Source: Camelus dromedarius
Lineage: Eukaryota
Assembly (NCBI RefSeq): GCF_036321535.1
Contig: NC_087436.1
Span: 103,976,001-104,040,000 of the forward strand
Direction: 5' to 3'
DNA: 64,000 nt
Under the pieces are notes generated by a model, which saw nothing but the letters and a program-made list of their open reading frames with translations, made no database searches and was not told where the DNA came from. The position numbers and the translations under genes are program-made. The first letter of the stretch is position 1. Every line of letters begins with the position of its first letter. Below are positions 1-15,209 of this stretch, piece after piece.

Positions 1-189
1 TCTTCATTCTGGTCCTGCGAGTTTTCACTAACTTTGAAACTGCTTTCAATGAAGAAATTAAAAATTGTATTAATAATCTTTCCTTCTCTATTCTGTAGGT
101 AGAGAGTTCTAATAATTGCTAACTTATTTATTACTTTGTAGTCTGTGGTTTTCTTCAAGAAACTATGGTAATCTTTTAACACTAAGCAA

Positions 190-395
190 ACACTAGGCCA
201 TTATTTGCTGTCAAGTATTGTCCTAAACTCTATATATTAACTCATTTAATCCTTCACACAGTCCTCTAAGGTGGGTACTATTATTACCTACATTTTACAG
301 ATGGGGAAAGCAAAGAACAGAAACATTATGGTAGTTACCCAAAGGAATGTATCTAGTAAGTGTTACATAAAGACTTGAATACAGTAAGTCAAGCT
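190..395. mobile_element. MIR fragment
   Basis: Contains the MIR core-like string ctcatttaatcct...tactattattacc..cattttacagatggggaaa. Ends are approximate. Confidence 0.65.
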
Positions 396-1618
396 CCACA
401 CTTTCTTTGGGATACTGTCTCTCTAGGAAAAAACAGCTGTCCCGTGGGGTTTCTCAAGCTATCAGGATCTAAAAGATGAGAGGCCCTAAGTAATTATGAA
501 GCCTCAGAATCCACAGAAAGTTTACTTGCTGTTCAATATCCATTTAATACCAGGTTGAAACGATGTAAGATCTTAAATTCACAATATTAAAAAACTTCTA
601 GTATGGATTTATGATGTTATTTAGCAAAAAACTAAGAAACTAGTATAAAAATATTTATGATACCTTTTGAAAACTAGACTGCAAAGGAAGGCCAATTCTT
701 CTCTTGATTTTAGCTGCATTCAGGAATAATCTGATATTTACGTAATTTTTTTAGGAACATGATGGTTACATTGGTTTAAATCACTATAACATTTAAACTT
801 TACTATTTCTCTACTTTAATGGGCTAGAGCTGAAGTAACCGGTTTCTTTTCCCTCTTTCTTTTCTTTTTTTGGCTTTTCTAATTGTCTATTCAACAATTC
901 CCAGTTGTATTTTTTTGTTTTCTTGCAATTGACTGATTTCCCAGATTCAGAAGTGCTTTCCTGTTTTAACTTTTTTTTCAGGCTCCAGCTATGCCAGTGG
1001 AGAAGAAAGTAATTCTGCTTACTTTGGTGAAACAGTGTTGGAGACAAATGAACAAGTTATTACCAAATAATTAAATTCAGAGTTCTTCTTAAACTATAAA
1101 TTGCCCTCTTACACTTGTTATTCCATGCAAACAGAATACTTTATCTAGTAAGTAATGATTATTTATTTTAACGGAAGTGTGGACAAACCAAAACACACAG
1201 AAATGACTTCTAAGTCCTGCTCAACCAGTTTACTTGCAAAATAAATAAACTCTTATAGAAGACAAATACCACACCTATTTGTAGTTTACACATGCTTTCA
1301 GTCTACACAAATGCTACTAATAAAAATATTACACCAATTTGGTATTTCAGAGAATTCTGCTCCTTGCATCCTATTAATATAAAGGAAAATAAAAGATGAT
1401 TGCAATGACATCGAATTAATTTTTGAAAAAAATACTATCCAAATTTTTCATTAAAAATATGAAAAATGAATACAGCACTTTAATTTACACTAAATAAAAC
1501 TATCATTTCTTATGGTACCTAAGTCTTACAAAAGTATTCTTTTTCTTAGAATTGATTAACAGCAAGATATTACCCATAACTATTTATAATTTAATAAAAC
1601 TCTTTTTTATAATTTCAT

Positions 1619-3005
1619 TTAGTCTGCTACTGATTCTTTCTAGTGTATTTTTCATTCCAGTTACTGTGGATGAAACTGTGTTTGGTTGTTCTTCATATTT
1701 TTTAAATCTTTATTAAAAACGTCTAGCTTCTTGCTCTGTGCATCTATTCTCCTCCTGAGTTCTTTGGTCAACTTTAGGATCATTAGTCTGAATTCTTTCT
1801 CAGGTAGATTGCCTATCTCCTCATCACTTAGTTCCTCTTCTGGAATTCACCTTGCTCTTCTGTCTGAAACACATTCCTCTGCCACCTCACTCTGTCTAAA
1901 TTTCTATTTGTATTTTTATGTATGTGGTAGGTAGGTTAGTTACGTTTCTTGACCTTGGAGAAGTGGCCCTCTGTAGATATCCTATGCATCCCAGCAGTGC
2001 ACCCTCCTCTTGTCACCCAAGGGCCAGGGGCCAGCTGGTCCTGGAGTAGGGTCTGGCCTGCGTTTGCAGACTTGCTCTGCAGGCTGCAAGATCGTAGTTT
2101 TCTTGCTTCTGGTGTCTGCCCCCTGGTGGGTGAGGCTGGTCTAGAGGCTTGTGCAAGCTTTCTGGTGGGAGGATCCAGTGTCTTCCCACTGGTGAGTACA
2201 GCTGGGTCTTGGCCCTCTGGTGGGCAAAACCACATCCTGGGGTATGTCTGGAGGAGGCTGTGGGCAACAGTCTACTGATGGGTGGGGATATGCCCCCTGC
2301 AGTTAGTTGTCTGGCCTGAGGCAGCCCAGCTCTGAATCCTGCTGTTGGGTGTGGCTAGGTCTTGGTGCTAATGACCCAAGCAAGATGTCAGCCTCCAGAA
2401 GAGTACGTGCAAATGAATACTCCCCAGTATGTCCGCCACCATGTCTATGTCCCCAGGGTAAGCCACAGCCGCCCCCACCTCCCCACGAGACCCTCCAAGA
2501 CCAGCAGATTAGGTCTGGCCCAGGTTCCTATAAAATCACTGCTTTTGCCATTGGTCCTGGTGAGCATGAGATTTTGTGTGTACCCTTTAAGAGTGAAGTC
2601 TCTATTTCCCTCAGTCCTGTGGAGCTCCTGCAATTAAGCCTCACTGGCCTTCAAAGCTAAATACTCTGGGGACTCCTCTTCCCAGCGCAGCCCCCTGGGT
2701 TGGGGTGCCTGATGTGGGGCTCAGAACTCTCACTGCTTTGTGGGAGAACCTCTGCACTATAATTATTTTCCAGCTTGTGGGTCACCCACCAGGGCGGGGG
2801 GTGTACTTGACTATACCTCGAGTCCTCCCCTCCTACCAGTCTTGCTGTGGTTCCTTCTTTATGTCTTTAATTATGGAAGGTCTTTTCTGATAGGTTCCAG
2901 TCTTTTTTATCAATGGTTGTTCTGCAGTTAGTTGTGATTCTGGCGTGTGCGTGAGAGGAGCTGAGCTCTGGCCTGTTCTACTCTGCCATCTTGGCTGCCT
3001 CGCCT
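1619..3005 (-). mobile_element. L1 5' fragment (5'UTR and ORF1 N-terminus only)
   Basis: The minus strand starts with the L1-type 5' motif gcagccaagatggcagagtag. A GC-richer UTR follows, then ORF1-like sequence (aatctacctgagaaagaattcagactaatgatc). Near-identical direct repeats flank it at 1600-1618 and 3006-3023. Confidence 0.85.
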
Positions 3006-4399
3006 CTCTTTTTGTAATTTCATAAAGGCATATCTTCCTCGACAAAACTCTGGATGCTTTTATAAACGTTATATTCATTGACTCTCTAATGTTTTATTTG
3101 TTCTTTTTCTCCTATTGAGAAGCCTCACTTGGTAAAATTTTATGAGTAACTCAAATGACAAGAACTCAAGGACATCATGAATACATCACACGGCAAAAAC
3201 CTCCATATTCTTTTTGCAGTAAAGCAGTTGGGAACAGTAGTTGGTATTTTTAAATATTACTTAAGTGTGATGAATACTATTTGCCTTTAGTGGATATTTC
3301 GGTCATGTGACAGGAATCATCTATTTCCTGAATTTACATGTACTTGGGGGGCAATACTTTCTAGATTTCCAAACTAACTCAGAATGAACACCACTTAGTT
3401 TCTGCCACCTCAGATTCACTTCTTTGACCCTCCAATGATGCTTTTAAAAACACTTATGTTTCCTCTTGCACCGTATAGATATGTCTGGTGAGCCTAGGTG
3501 AATGCAGTCAGGGTTTCACCTTGTCAAGTGAAAAGAGCTATGCAGTAGTGAAAATCTGTAATAGCCACGCAGATTTTGGAAAGGGGAGAGGCGGAAGAAA
3601 ATTTACTGTCCAGGGTTGAGGGTTATATTAGTTCAAATTTAGTTAAAATACCAAAATGGGATAATATATTTGGGAAATAATATCCTCTTATCATAAAATT
3701 CAGAGAGGGACCAAAAGAGGCCTGTCTATGAGAAAATCCATTCATAGTCCTAAAGTTTTAGACTGCAAGTGTCAAGAATATATCAGATTTTCTGAAGGAG
3801 TAGCTATACTTTATATCTGACCCATGGTGCCAGACCACACCCACCTATTTCTGAATCCAGAAAAACCTTTTAAACTTTTCTTCTACCTGCTCTTGTCAAA
3901 GTCTAGTTTCTCTTGCTCATCAGTCTGTTACAGTTGTTTGTCTACTAGGTACCCCTTTTTTCTCTTCTGAAACAAGAATCGAGATCACCAGGGAGAGGGG
4001 TCAGAGAAGGAAGTAATCATAGAACATACCCTGGAGGTCACACTGATAAGGTCTAGGCATGGCCACATGACGTAACCCAGTTACTTCCAGAAATTTTTAT
4101 AACTAGATCAGGCAAGAAAGACTCCTATTTCTCTTTGATCCTGGGAAAAGATAAGTCTACAACTGCCAGCAGCCACAGAGTTAACCTCTAGGAAATGCAG
4201 TAGGAGGAAATAAAATCAAAATCCATAAAGAAACAGAAACAGAACTACAGATAACCAGAGTGGATTAAGCCACTGACTACATAGCTACACTTTACTTAAG
4301 TTAAATAAAGATAATTTTTAATTAATATAGATTGGTTTTCTCCTATGTCAATTATTTCTCAGCTGGGTCATTCCATTAATATATCTTCCATCTTTTAAA

Positions 4400-5765
4400 A
4401 AATAGAAAAATCCTTCCTTCATGTCATACCTATCTTTAGGTATCATAGTTCCATTTTTCTTCTCCTTCTGAAAGTCAACAATATTTGCTGTCTTCAGTTC
4501 CTCTTTAATCCACTCCAATCAGACTTTCACTTCCACCACAACAGTGCAACTGTTTCCGACAACATCACCACCAACCTTGTCCTCTACTTTGCCAATCCAA
4601 TGGTGAGGTCTCTGCCATGATCTTATTCGAACTTCTGGAGCATCTGACACTGACTGTGCTCTTTCTTAAAACATTTCCTTCATGGACTTCTTGACCCCAG
4701 ATTCTCCTGGTTCCCCTCATACCTCACCGGTCATTTCTTCTCTTTCTTCTTTCCTGGATCCTCTTCTGCTTCTTGACCTCTCAGCACTTATTCCTTCACT
4801 TCTTTGCATCATGATCTCAGGGGTTTTTAACCCTTTTTTTTCCCCCACTACTAATCTCCCAATTGAGCCTGTTTTTACTTTTCCCCCCTAACTGCCTCCA
4901 TCTCCAAGAAATCTGAACACCACAGGTATATAAAACCCAGATACTATCCTTAATTTCTGTCCCCATCCTCATCAACTTCCTGAATCCAACCCAACAGCAA
5001 ATCCTGTCAGTATTCTTTTAAACTATATCACAAATCAGACCTCTCTGCTACCTCCCTCCCACCAGGTCACTGCAAGAGCCTCACTTCCACTGCTGCCTCT
5101 CTCCCTCCAGAGTTTAATATCCACCCAGTCACTACATAATCTTTTCAAAAGATAGATCATAGATCACTACTTTACTCAAAACTCCTAAATGGAGCTAGAC
5201 TTGCAATATAATGATATTATACTTATAATAAATCCTAAACTCTTTATTAGACCCTACAAGGTCTTCTGAGATCTGGCCCCCGCTTATCACTCTGATCATA
5301 CTTGTCTCCCTATCTCTTATGATCTTCTAGCTATACCAGCCTTCTTAAAGTCCCCAAAATACTTTGAGTCTTAGCCTGGCTGATCTCTAAGCTGGAATAT
5401 ACTTCACCCAGACCTTCCTGTGGCTCAGTCTCTCTCGTCACTCAGGTCTACAACCAAACGTCACTTCTCTGGGAAGTTCTTCCTTGACTACTTTACTTAA
5501 ATATCCCCCATCCTACCTGGTCACTGACTATGTATGTGTTACCCTGCTTAACTTTTATCATATTACTTATCTGTTGCAGCAGTCATGTGAATGTGTATAT
5601 CTCTACACATACACATGCAAACTTGTTCACTATCTCTCTTCCTAAGAGAGTGCTAACTTCATGAAGGCAGGAAATCTATTTTGCTCAATGCTCTATCCCC
5701 TAAACCCAGAATAATGCCAGTCTCCAGGAAGAACTCAATTTTTGATGATGTAATGAATGAATGGA
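4400..5765 (-). mobile_element. L2 fragments (old)
   Basis: L2-like strings such as ccactccaatcagactttcac and gccaatccaatggt, ending in the (aatg)n tail at about 5750-5762. Ends are approximate. Confidence 0.65.
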
Positions 5766-7171
5766 GCAAGTTAGTCTGACTTTAGTCACCTGCAATTAAT
5801 AAAATCATTGATGGCAGAGTATCCTTACAAGAAATTTCCCATTATTTGAGATAATTTGAGTCCTCTCTTTAATCTTCCTCCACTAAAGAAAAACTTACTA
5901 AAACGGATAAACTGCTCAAACTTTAAAGCTATGTAGTAAAAAAAGAAGACATAGTATACTGTAATTTCAAGCCACTCAACAAAGCATATTACAATCAGTT
6001 ATGCACAGGAATTCATTAAGCGTTTAGTTTTGTGATAAATTCAACTTCTGGTACTTAATAGAGCGCAGGTTCCATTAGAAACTAGAATGATTACTTTTTT
6101 GGGCATTCCTGAAAACCACTCAAAGAATCTAGGCACAGTCCTAAAACATATATCCACTAACTTAAAACTTAACCTTCCCTCTTTCAAAACCTTCTAATTA
6201 CACATCTAAAAGAGAATGCAGTCTAATGCATGGTCAAATTCATGCAATTGAGCATGCTCATTAAAGACAGATGAGAAAAATTTAAACAACTATCAAAGCA
6301 GATCAATCTTCAACTATCTCACACTGCAATCTGGGATATGCTTACCTTTGCTAGGGTCACAGGCTCTGGATCAGTGGGTGTGCAGCTAACACACAGAAAC
6401 CTATTATTATTCATTGTAGGAGAGCTGTAGCACTATCATTAAAATTCTGCCACAAAATATTTGGTACTGGTCAAAACACGGAAAATAAGGACGTTAGAAT
6501 TCTAATTCTTACAATACATCATTCAGAAACTAGACAAGCAAATAAGAAAATTTGAAAGGTAAGGAATTCCTTAGGCCTCCCCTCTCTGATTTCTCTTCCA
6601 TTTCCCCTCTTCCCAGCCCACCTTCAACCTTTTCCAAAAAGTTCAAGCTATTGTTTTAAAAAAAAAAAACTGTCATTCAAATTCTTCATAGGAAGTAAAT
6701 TCTAAAGGATTTGAAAATGGTTAGTGACAAACCTGTGAGTCAGTACCATCTAGCAAAAGAAAATCATTCTGTCAATAAGTTTCTTGCCTTCAATTCATTT
6801 TTTATTAACCTAACAATACCTTTTCAATCCATAATCCAACATAATATCCATAAAAAAAATGCTGACATTTATTACATTAAGATGTACTAAGATGTAAACC
6901 CAATTACCAACTCCTATACATGGTGGTAGTACTTTTTGAACAAAATACTGCCTGAATTGAAAAGCTTTTTAAATGTTCAATTTTTTAAAAATGTCAGTAG
7001 AGTACTTCCCTTTTTCTTTAAGCATAATTAGATCTATCAGTTCTTAAGAAAATCCTTTACTTGATCATACTACCCATTTGTAACTACCAATTTCCTCCAT
7101 CTTCTTGTCTACCCCTTAAATAGGGTGTTACCTGCTATATCTACTTCATATCTACTCATTCTGTTAAATCA

Positions 7172-7600
7172 TTTTTTGTTGTGGTAAAATATGCATAACA
7201 TAAAATTTAACATCTTAACCATTTTAAGTGTATAGTTCAATGGTATTAAGTATTCATATTGTTATGCAACCATCCAACTCCAGAACTCTCTTCATCTTGC
7301 AAAACTGAAACTCTCTACCCATTAAACAACAATCCCCTGCTCCCCTCCCCCTTCTCCCTCCCCCAGCAACTACTATTCTACTTTCTGTCTCTATGGTTTT
7401 GACTACTCTAGGTACCTCATATAAGCAGAATCATACTCTATCTTCCTGTAGTTGCCTTCTTTCACTTCACATAATGTCTTCAAGGTTCATCCATGTTGCA
7501 ACAGAATTTCCTTCCTTTTTAAGGCTGAATAATATTCCATTGTATACTACATTTTAAAAAATCCATTTACCTGTTGATGCGCTTTTGAGTTGTTTCCACT
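7172..7600 (-). mobile_element. Old L1 3' end (L1MB/L1MA-like)
   Basis: Typical reverse L1 3'UTR: gtggtaaaatatgcataacataaaatttaacatcttaaccatttt...aggttcatccatgttg. Confidence 0.8.
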
Positions 7601-8997
7601 TAAATCTTTTTTAAGATTTATTTTGTGTGTATATGTGACTCAACTCCCCATACCAATCAATGCTTACATTCTATTCTTCAAGGTTAATGATTTTCTTCTT
7701 GCAATATCTAAGAGCTTTTCTACAACACATCGTATTTCTCTATATTAGCACTCTTGGCCTCTTTTCATCTCTCCTCTCTCTATCACTCAATGAGAGATAC
7801 AGAGAAAGAGAGAGAAGAAATGACTTACAAAGATTCATATAATATAAAGAGAATAAAACATGAAGGATGTCAATGGACAACAGAAACTGAATGAAACTAA
7901 GAGCATGCACAAAATATACACGAGATCCTTAGTAATAGTTATAAAAAGTAGACAAAGAAGGAAACAAAATCAGTCATTTCCTCAGGAGTACAACTATACT
8001 TATTACAGAGACTTTAAAAGTTCTTCATGAGGGCACTCAGCAAATACTCTGCAATATGGCAGATTATGCCCTCAACTCTACAACCATCCATCACTTCCCG
8101 AAAACTCTGCTCTATAGAATTCCAAGAAACTGTACCTTCTTTACTCACCTCTTATGTCTCTGATGGCCATTATTTATTTCATTAGCTAATCCTTGGTTTT
8201 TGTCTTAGCACTGTTCCCCGGGGGCTATTTTTTTTCCTTTTCCTTCTCTTAGTGACCTCTCAATTCAAATGACTTTAACTATCATACCTTTATGTGAGTG
8301 AATCACAACTCTATATGGTTAATTCTGTTTTAGAACACAGCCCTTAAGTAGCCATAGGCTCCCAGTGATAAACAACTATTTCATACTTTTTTTTTTAGCT
8401 GACTACGTGGTAAGGAAATAAAATTGATGATGGAAGTAAAAACTTAATTTCCTTCAATACAACTGACATTTGCTATTTCATTTTGTCATACTGATCTAGA
8501 CTCTTAATTTTAAGCTAACTACTTAAGTAAGCAGCCGATGTTAAACACTCTGAATCCAAAGTATCTAAATGGCCCACCATTTTCAAAATCTTGGAAGAAT
8601 TCACAATGATGCGAAAATAAAAGAGAAGCAGAAGACTGGCCAAATGTCAGAAGAATGCTTATGAAGGACCTCTTACTGAAGAGCACCTTAACCAGATGAG
8701 AAAGTTTAGACAATAAACATTATTTGCACTTAGTACTCTATTTGAATAAAGTAACCATTCATAGAGTGAAAAGACTTTTAAGTATGAGACACATATACAC
8801 GTTAGGTGACTTACTCCACATTTTATCATACATGTTCCAGAATTATAGAAATGTTTAGAATTTTTAGAAATAAGTCATGTTCATATTCAAATTGAAATGG
8901 CTATCTAGTATCTTTGAAATCTTTATTTTCATTGTATTTTTAATTTGTATTATTTTTATTACAGTTGCCCTTAAATTGCTAAGTAATATTCAGTGGG

Positions 8998-9023
8998 ACA
9001 AAACAAAACAAAACAAAACAAAA
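8998..9023. repeat. (AAAAC)n microsatellite
   Basis: Read directly from the sequence. Confidence 0.85.
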
Positions 9024-11369
9024 CTCAAGTAAGCATAAGACTTGTTTGAAAAAATATTTTTGTAAAACTGACCATCTTTGAAGGGGAAAACACTAATACC
9101 AGTGAACATGTCTCTTATCTAAAAGAGCAGAAACAAAATATTTGTTTCACTTAAAGCAGAATTTAATATAGTGAATCTCCTGCAATAACATATATTTTAA
9201 CAACCAGAACTTGAACCAAAGTCCCTCCTCTCCACCCTCTTCCCAAACCAAGGATTGGTAAAGCAAAATATAACACACATCCATGTGGAACTGATTCCCA
9301 GTTGGTGGGGTAAAGGAGGAAAGAATAAGATGTTCCAGAAAGTCTACTGTTTTCTAGATAGTCCATCACAATGAAAAGTGGACAGCCCTCATTTTTACCT
9401 TCTGCAGAAGGTTCTGTAACTGTACTCCAAACTTGAGGTATCCCTTGAGTCTGTGAACATAGCAGAGGAGAAATGTAGAATAATTCAGGTGTACAGAAAA
9501 CCACAATATGGCAAATTCACAAACAATTTTAGAATAGTACTTCCTTAAATTATAAGAAAAGCTTCATCCTAAGATGAATATACAAAAGTTTGTTATTTGA
9601 GAAAAATGAGGCTCACAATATATCTAATTCATACGTTGACACAGAATACAGATTGTCAAATTTTCTAGAGCCCCAAGTACAGAGAGATGTGATAGGCAGT
9701 CGGTGTCTGCGTCCTATTCTGAGAGGTGGTCTCTATTTCAGGACAAAACCAAGAAACAACTATAAAGAAAGACAGAGCTGTCTCAAAGTCAAGTATCTTC
9801 TACAGATTAAAAAGGCATCATTAATCCCAGCAAATCAGTACATGCAATGACCCTAAATCTCTAAAACTCAAGTTTCCTGAAGTAAGAGGAAGGGTGTCAA
9901 CAATAAAAGAGAAAGAGAAATAGGAATGAAGGTAACTAATATAATAAAAGCTAAAACAGTTAGCCCTGATGAAGGGATCTGAAATTAAGGGAACAGAGAG
10001 ACCGAAATACTAACATGGATGATGATTAAGAAGGATTAGCAACTTATTGTGAGTGCTCCGAACTCATTCAGATAATCATATGCTAAAAGTAAAGTTATTT
10101 GATTATAAAGGAATAAGGAATACAGTTTATACAAAGTACAAAAGTCAGTTCTGATTAATACAGAAGTGTTCTGCAAATTGATCACGCAATTTACAAATTG
10201 ATGAAGTAATCTTTATGGTACTCTTACGGCAAAAATGTACATTAAGCACACTTAAATGTTGTCTGATAGAATAAATGAACAATATGTTTTGTCACCTATT
10301 CACTACATACCAGAAACTGACTACAAGAGCCTTTTGTTAGTGGTGCAAATAATGACATTTGTCATTCTGAAACTAGATTCTACCTCAAGAACAGGCCTTC
10401 CCTTGTATAAACCACTTCCTGTGGACAATGAAAACCCAGTACCTCTATAGACGGCTAACAATTTCTCCTAGAACTAGAAGTATTATATAAAAGTCAAAAG
10501 TGTTAAAAACCTGAGTTAGTAAAACAGCATAAGCATTTGAAGCACATTAAGAGCCTTGAGTTTTTTAAATGTGCTATACTAATTATAAATATCCTGAAAG
10601 CTATTAATCTAGCAGAGTGCTTCCCAGTGAAGGGGTGACAAGAGATGAAAGGTAAATGTCCCTTTAAGTGCAACTAACTCCTCTTGCCTTACCTGACTTC
10701 TGCAAAATGATGTATTTCTTTTTCTATAATCCCACAGTGCCTACTACCTATCTCAACTACAGACAGGATCGCAGCCTTTAATTACCTGTCAACAGACCTT
10801 TCTTCAAATAACAGACTGTAGACAGGTGGAGGACAGAAACATATCCTTCATCTGTGTATCTTCAGTACCTGTGTATTTTCATTCTTCCCACTCAAGTCCA
10901 CATTATATTAAATTCAAAGCTAGTTTTCAGGCCTATAGTGAATTCATTATCCTATAACTCTCCTATAGAAGGTTTTCTAAAACAAGACGCTATAACAGCT
11001 AACATTTAGTACAATGATGATAAAAATGTTAAAATACGCTACATAACTTCCCACACACACAGTAAATACTGCCAACCAATCATTTCTATAATAATATCCT
11101 TCTTTGCTACTGAGACCAGACACAGATCAAGAATCCTCAATAAAGTGCTGCTCCAGGCAACCACTACACTCGGTATTATCAGTAGAATCTTACTTGTCAC
11201 TCTTAAAGCAGCTCATCAGATTTAATCAGCAAGGCTCACTAGTCTGGTCTCCCTCTCTGACTAGCCCCATTTCTACTATTCCCCAACCCAGATGCCTCTT
11301 CCAGCAGTATCAATCTCCAACATCCCCCATGAGCCATGTTCACATTTATCTGACAAGAACACTAGTACA

Positions 11370-11520
11370 AGGGCTAATCATTGAGCACTTGCTATGTGGT
11401 GGGCACTGCTCTAAGTACCTTACATGTATAAATTCATTTCATCCTTAACAATCTGATGTGGTAGACAACCTTTACCAGCATTTAACAGATGACAGAACTA
11501 AGACACAGAAAGGTTAAGCA
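11370..11520. mobile_element. MIR fragment
   Basis: attgagcacttgctatgtg...acagatgacagaactaagacacagaaaggttaag. Confidence 0.7.
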
Positions 11521-14500
11521 CTGCACGTTAATACCAAAAGACATACTAAATCAGTGATGTATTCTTAACTCATACACTAAAAAATCGTATTTCGGACTTG
11601 TAAATTGTGCTCTTTTGAGGGATTTAGGACTAAAGTCTGGACTTACACCTATCCATTTATTCATTTTAATGTGCTAACCTATATATCTCTTCTTTCTCAC
11701 TTCTCTGTAGGAAAATTTTCTCTCTTTCAAAATTCTGCAGAAGAGTCATCAGCAAGAATGAAGACTTCCCCATAATAAATCTATTCATTCCTTTAAACTC
11801 CCATAATAGAACCACTTACCTAGCATTTAATCGACCCTTCCAGTATTGTTATTTAACAGTTCATCTCTGCACAGGTAACAGTACTGTAAGCTCCTGGAGG
11901 AGAAAGGCCTTATCTTATACTTAGTACTCCACTATAGTGACTGCCATGCATACTGTAAACATACAAACAAACATTGTGTTCATGGATGCCACAAAGATAA
12001 TACTACTTTATCATCTACAAGGTCTATATTTTGAGTTACTCTTCTGATAATCCCAAACTATCTGCACTGATCCTTTTACATTTTTTTACATTCCAGTCTC
12101 ATTGGAACCAATAGCATAGACCTAAAAAAGCTGGTAGATTTCATCAAGATTAGAGTTCAACTTAAACTTTCACACTCTGAAGAAAATCTGTATCAATATT
12201 AAGGATCTATATAAAGGAAACAGTCATAATCCTCCTTACTTTTAGAAACTTAACACCCATAGGTCAGGAATTCTTTTCCTTTATATTTCCTTCTATGTAC
12301 CATTTACATTTTTGCTTTCCTAAACAGAAAGAAAACACTTTGGTCATTTCTCTAGAGCTAGGCTTTATATACACTTGAAAACAACCAGTATTAAATGCCT
12401 GCATTTTTCATTCTCTCAGGCAATTTCAGTTCCTTTAAATTTCTAACAACAACAAAAACCAATAATAAACCCCCTGCAAATTTTCCAAATGTCTGTTCAA
12501 TTTGTAAAGCCCAAAATTACACAGTGACCTTAGGTAAGATAAGACCCGTGCTGAACAGGATGGAAAGATTACCTCATAGCTGTCACATGTTATAATAACT
12601 ATTTAACTCAATGAGTTATCATTTTTAAAAACAGTACATTACTTAATCAGTTTTTTATCTACTGTGGTCCCTAAATCTTATACATAACCAATAATTTTCT
12701 ATCTATATTTTCCTTTGCTAGGTATCTATCATTTAACTGCTGCATTCAATAATTTTTACAACTGATCCAGTTAATAGAAATCTGTCTGAAATCTAATACT
12801 AGTTTTTAAAATGGCTTTCATTTGCATTGGACTGTTGCCATATACAAACTAACCAAGAATTCTCACAAACACACACACACACAAAAGTACATTCAGGTCA
12901 TTTTGAAGTTTTTCTGTATGAGATCAAGATCAATTTCTGAGGAACATAATTTTACTCTCCCCCCAATGACAACATTCCATAAAGATCTCAGGTACATTTC
13001 ACTCTCCAGAGAATTGCACACTACAATCATGAGTATTCAGCCAAATATACCTGTCCATTTTATTGATGAATATTATAAGACTGAATCAAAAACCTTAAAA
13101 ACTTTAGAGCTGAACATTTTAGTTCATTCAGCATTTTTACAAGATAAGTAAGTCAACACTTAATAAGTGCCTACCTGGTATGGCCAGGAATTATGCCAGG
13201 CAGTTTCATTACATTACTCATTTATATCACACAAGAATTGCATCCTATAAGCGAATTTTTAAATGTGCCAAACGTCTTAATCTTCACAAACAGAAGGGCC
13301 AGGATTTAAATTTGCATAGCTTGAAAGCCCACACACTTCCTGTAGTGTGCTACCTCCACTTCCAGCACATTTTCAGGTAACTGATGAAGGAGCTATAAGG
13401 GGGTTACCATTTATGGTCTAGCTCCTTATTCCCTTCCAGAACTCCTGGTCGACCCTAACAGCCTATGGCAAACACTACCTTCTGGGTACTATCCTACCAG
13501 AGAGTTCTTTAGTCCTTCCAGTGGGCTATCTCCATATCTGACACTTACTTCTATTACTGTACACATCACGTATGTTGCAAGTATTTGTTTACTTTGTTCT
13601 TCCCACTCAGCTACTCACTCCTTATAGCCCAGAGATGCATTTAGCTCATCTTTAATACTTAGGATCTAATGCCTGCTTAGTTCATAATAGATAAGCATGA
13701 ATTAGCTTACCTGCAACTGGTAAAAAGGGATCATGTTAATATAAAAGTCACATCAGTTCACCAGTGACTTTTCCTCAGGTGTTATCATTCTACATCACCA
13801 AGTAACAGTAAATGAATACAAAGTATAAAGACCACCAAGACAGCAAACCTATGAACACGATATGTCTGCTCACCATTCCTTCCTCCTCTTAGTTCAATCT
13901 GGCCACAGCCTCTGTCTTAGAAATGCTTGTTGCTCAGCTCTTATTTTTGTGCATGTTGCCCTTCTTAAATTTAGCAACCTCAGTATCTCCTTCTAGTAGG
14001 TCATATTTACTTACTTTTTTAAGGTAAAGTTCTATAATATACTGTAGTATTTACTGATTAGGAATTTAACACATCTTTTTGTACCTGTGCTAGTATTTTT
14101 ATTAATATTGTTAGTGTTCTGATTACAAACCTGCATAGGTTTTGAGTAGTCTGCTTCAACCCAATTTCTTCCATACACTCTTAATTTTTAAGTTCATAAT
14201 TTTACAAAGTGCAAGTTTTTCAGGAATGCATATATTTCATTACAGCAGAAATGCTTGTACTCAAACTATTTGATGAACTGAATTACTGAGTATCCAATGC
14301 TCATCAGGCATTGTACATTCATTCAACAAATATTTACTGAGTATCAAAGTAAGTAAGGCACTGCTCTAGGCAATGGAGACAACAATGATGGGCAAAGTAT
14401 GACTGCATGTTTGTGTGTGCAAACATATGTGTGTGTGCCTGTGCATGTATCTGTAATCATATTCAACTGAATTTTAAATTTAAATTAAATATTTAAATGA

Positions 14501-15209
14501 CATATTGTTGCATTTTAATCTCTCTACAAGCAGTTTCCAAACCTTTTCAGAAGAATTTCTCTTTCCCAGGAGAAATCTTAAACAGAAATAAAATACACCA
14601 GATGAAACCAGAACTACACATTTATCATGACTTGTCCCTGAGACACCTCCAGGCTATGACTTTAGAACCACTGGTCCAGCAATAATGCCCTGCCTTTACA
14701 TGAGCCCTTTAACAAATAAAGTGTGTGACACGGTAAAATCAATTGAGAGAAATGATACTAGGAAAATCAATTAGGTTACTGTAAAGCTTCTGGTAGCAGT
14801 TTATTTCACCCAGCGCTTCCTTCTCTTGCTGCTGTTTCAGCGGGATGCCCTAAGACTACTCCTCCCAAGCCCTGATCACCTAAGAAGGTTGTATGAGAGG
14901 CTGGGGTTAGGAGAAAAAGAAGCACAGAGCAGATAACTGAGGCCAATTCTTTAAAGACTTAGGGGGAAATCTTTTCACCATCACAATGGTAAAATTTTAG
15001 GAGGCAGGAATTAAGGCGAAAGCCTAGGGGAAAAGAGATATAAGGGGCTAAGCTAAAACCAAACAAACATTCTCATAAATCACAAAAGATTCCCAAAACA
15101 CATGAGGGTGGGAAATCAAAATGGGATTTGAGGGCAGAATCCTCTCAAATTTGGGACAGAATAATACATAAAATAGACAAAAACTCTTCCCCACCCCTAC
15201 TCTCTGAGA

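Noticed and set aside
811..1047. Lys-rich 78-aa ORF as an extra STIM2 exon
   Set aside because: It does not resemble the expected next exon (VHNWTLEDT...). The Lys bias follows from T-runs on the plus strand.
1686..3078. Cluster of overlapping ORFs
   Set aside because: These are by-products of the GC-richer L1 5'UTR and of antisense ORF1.
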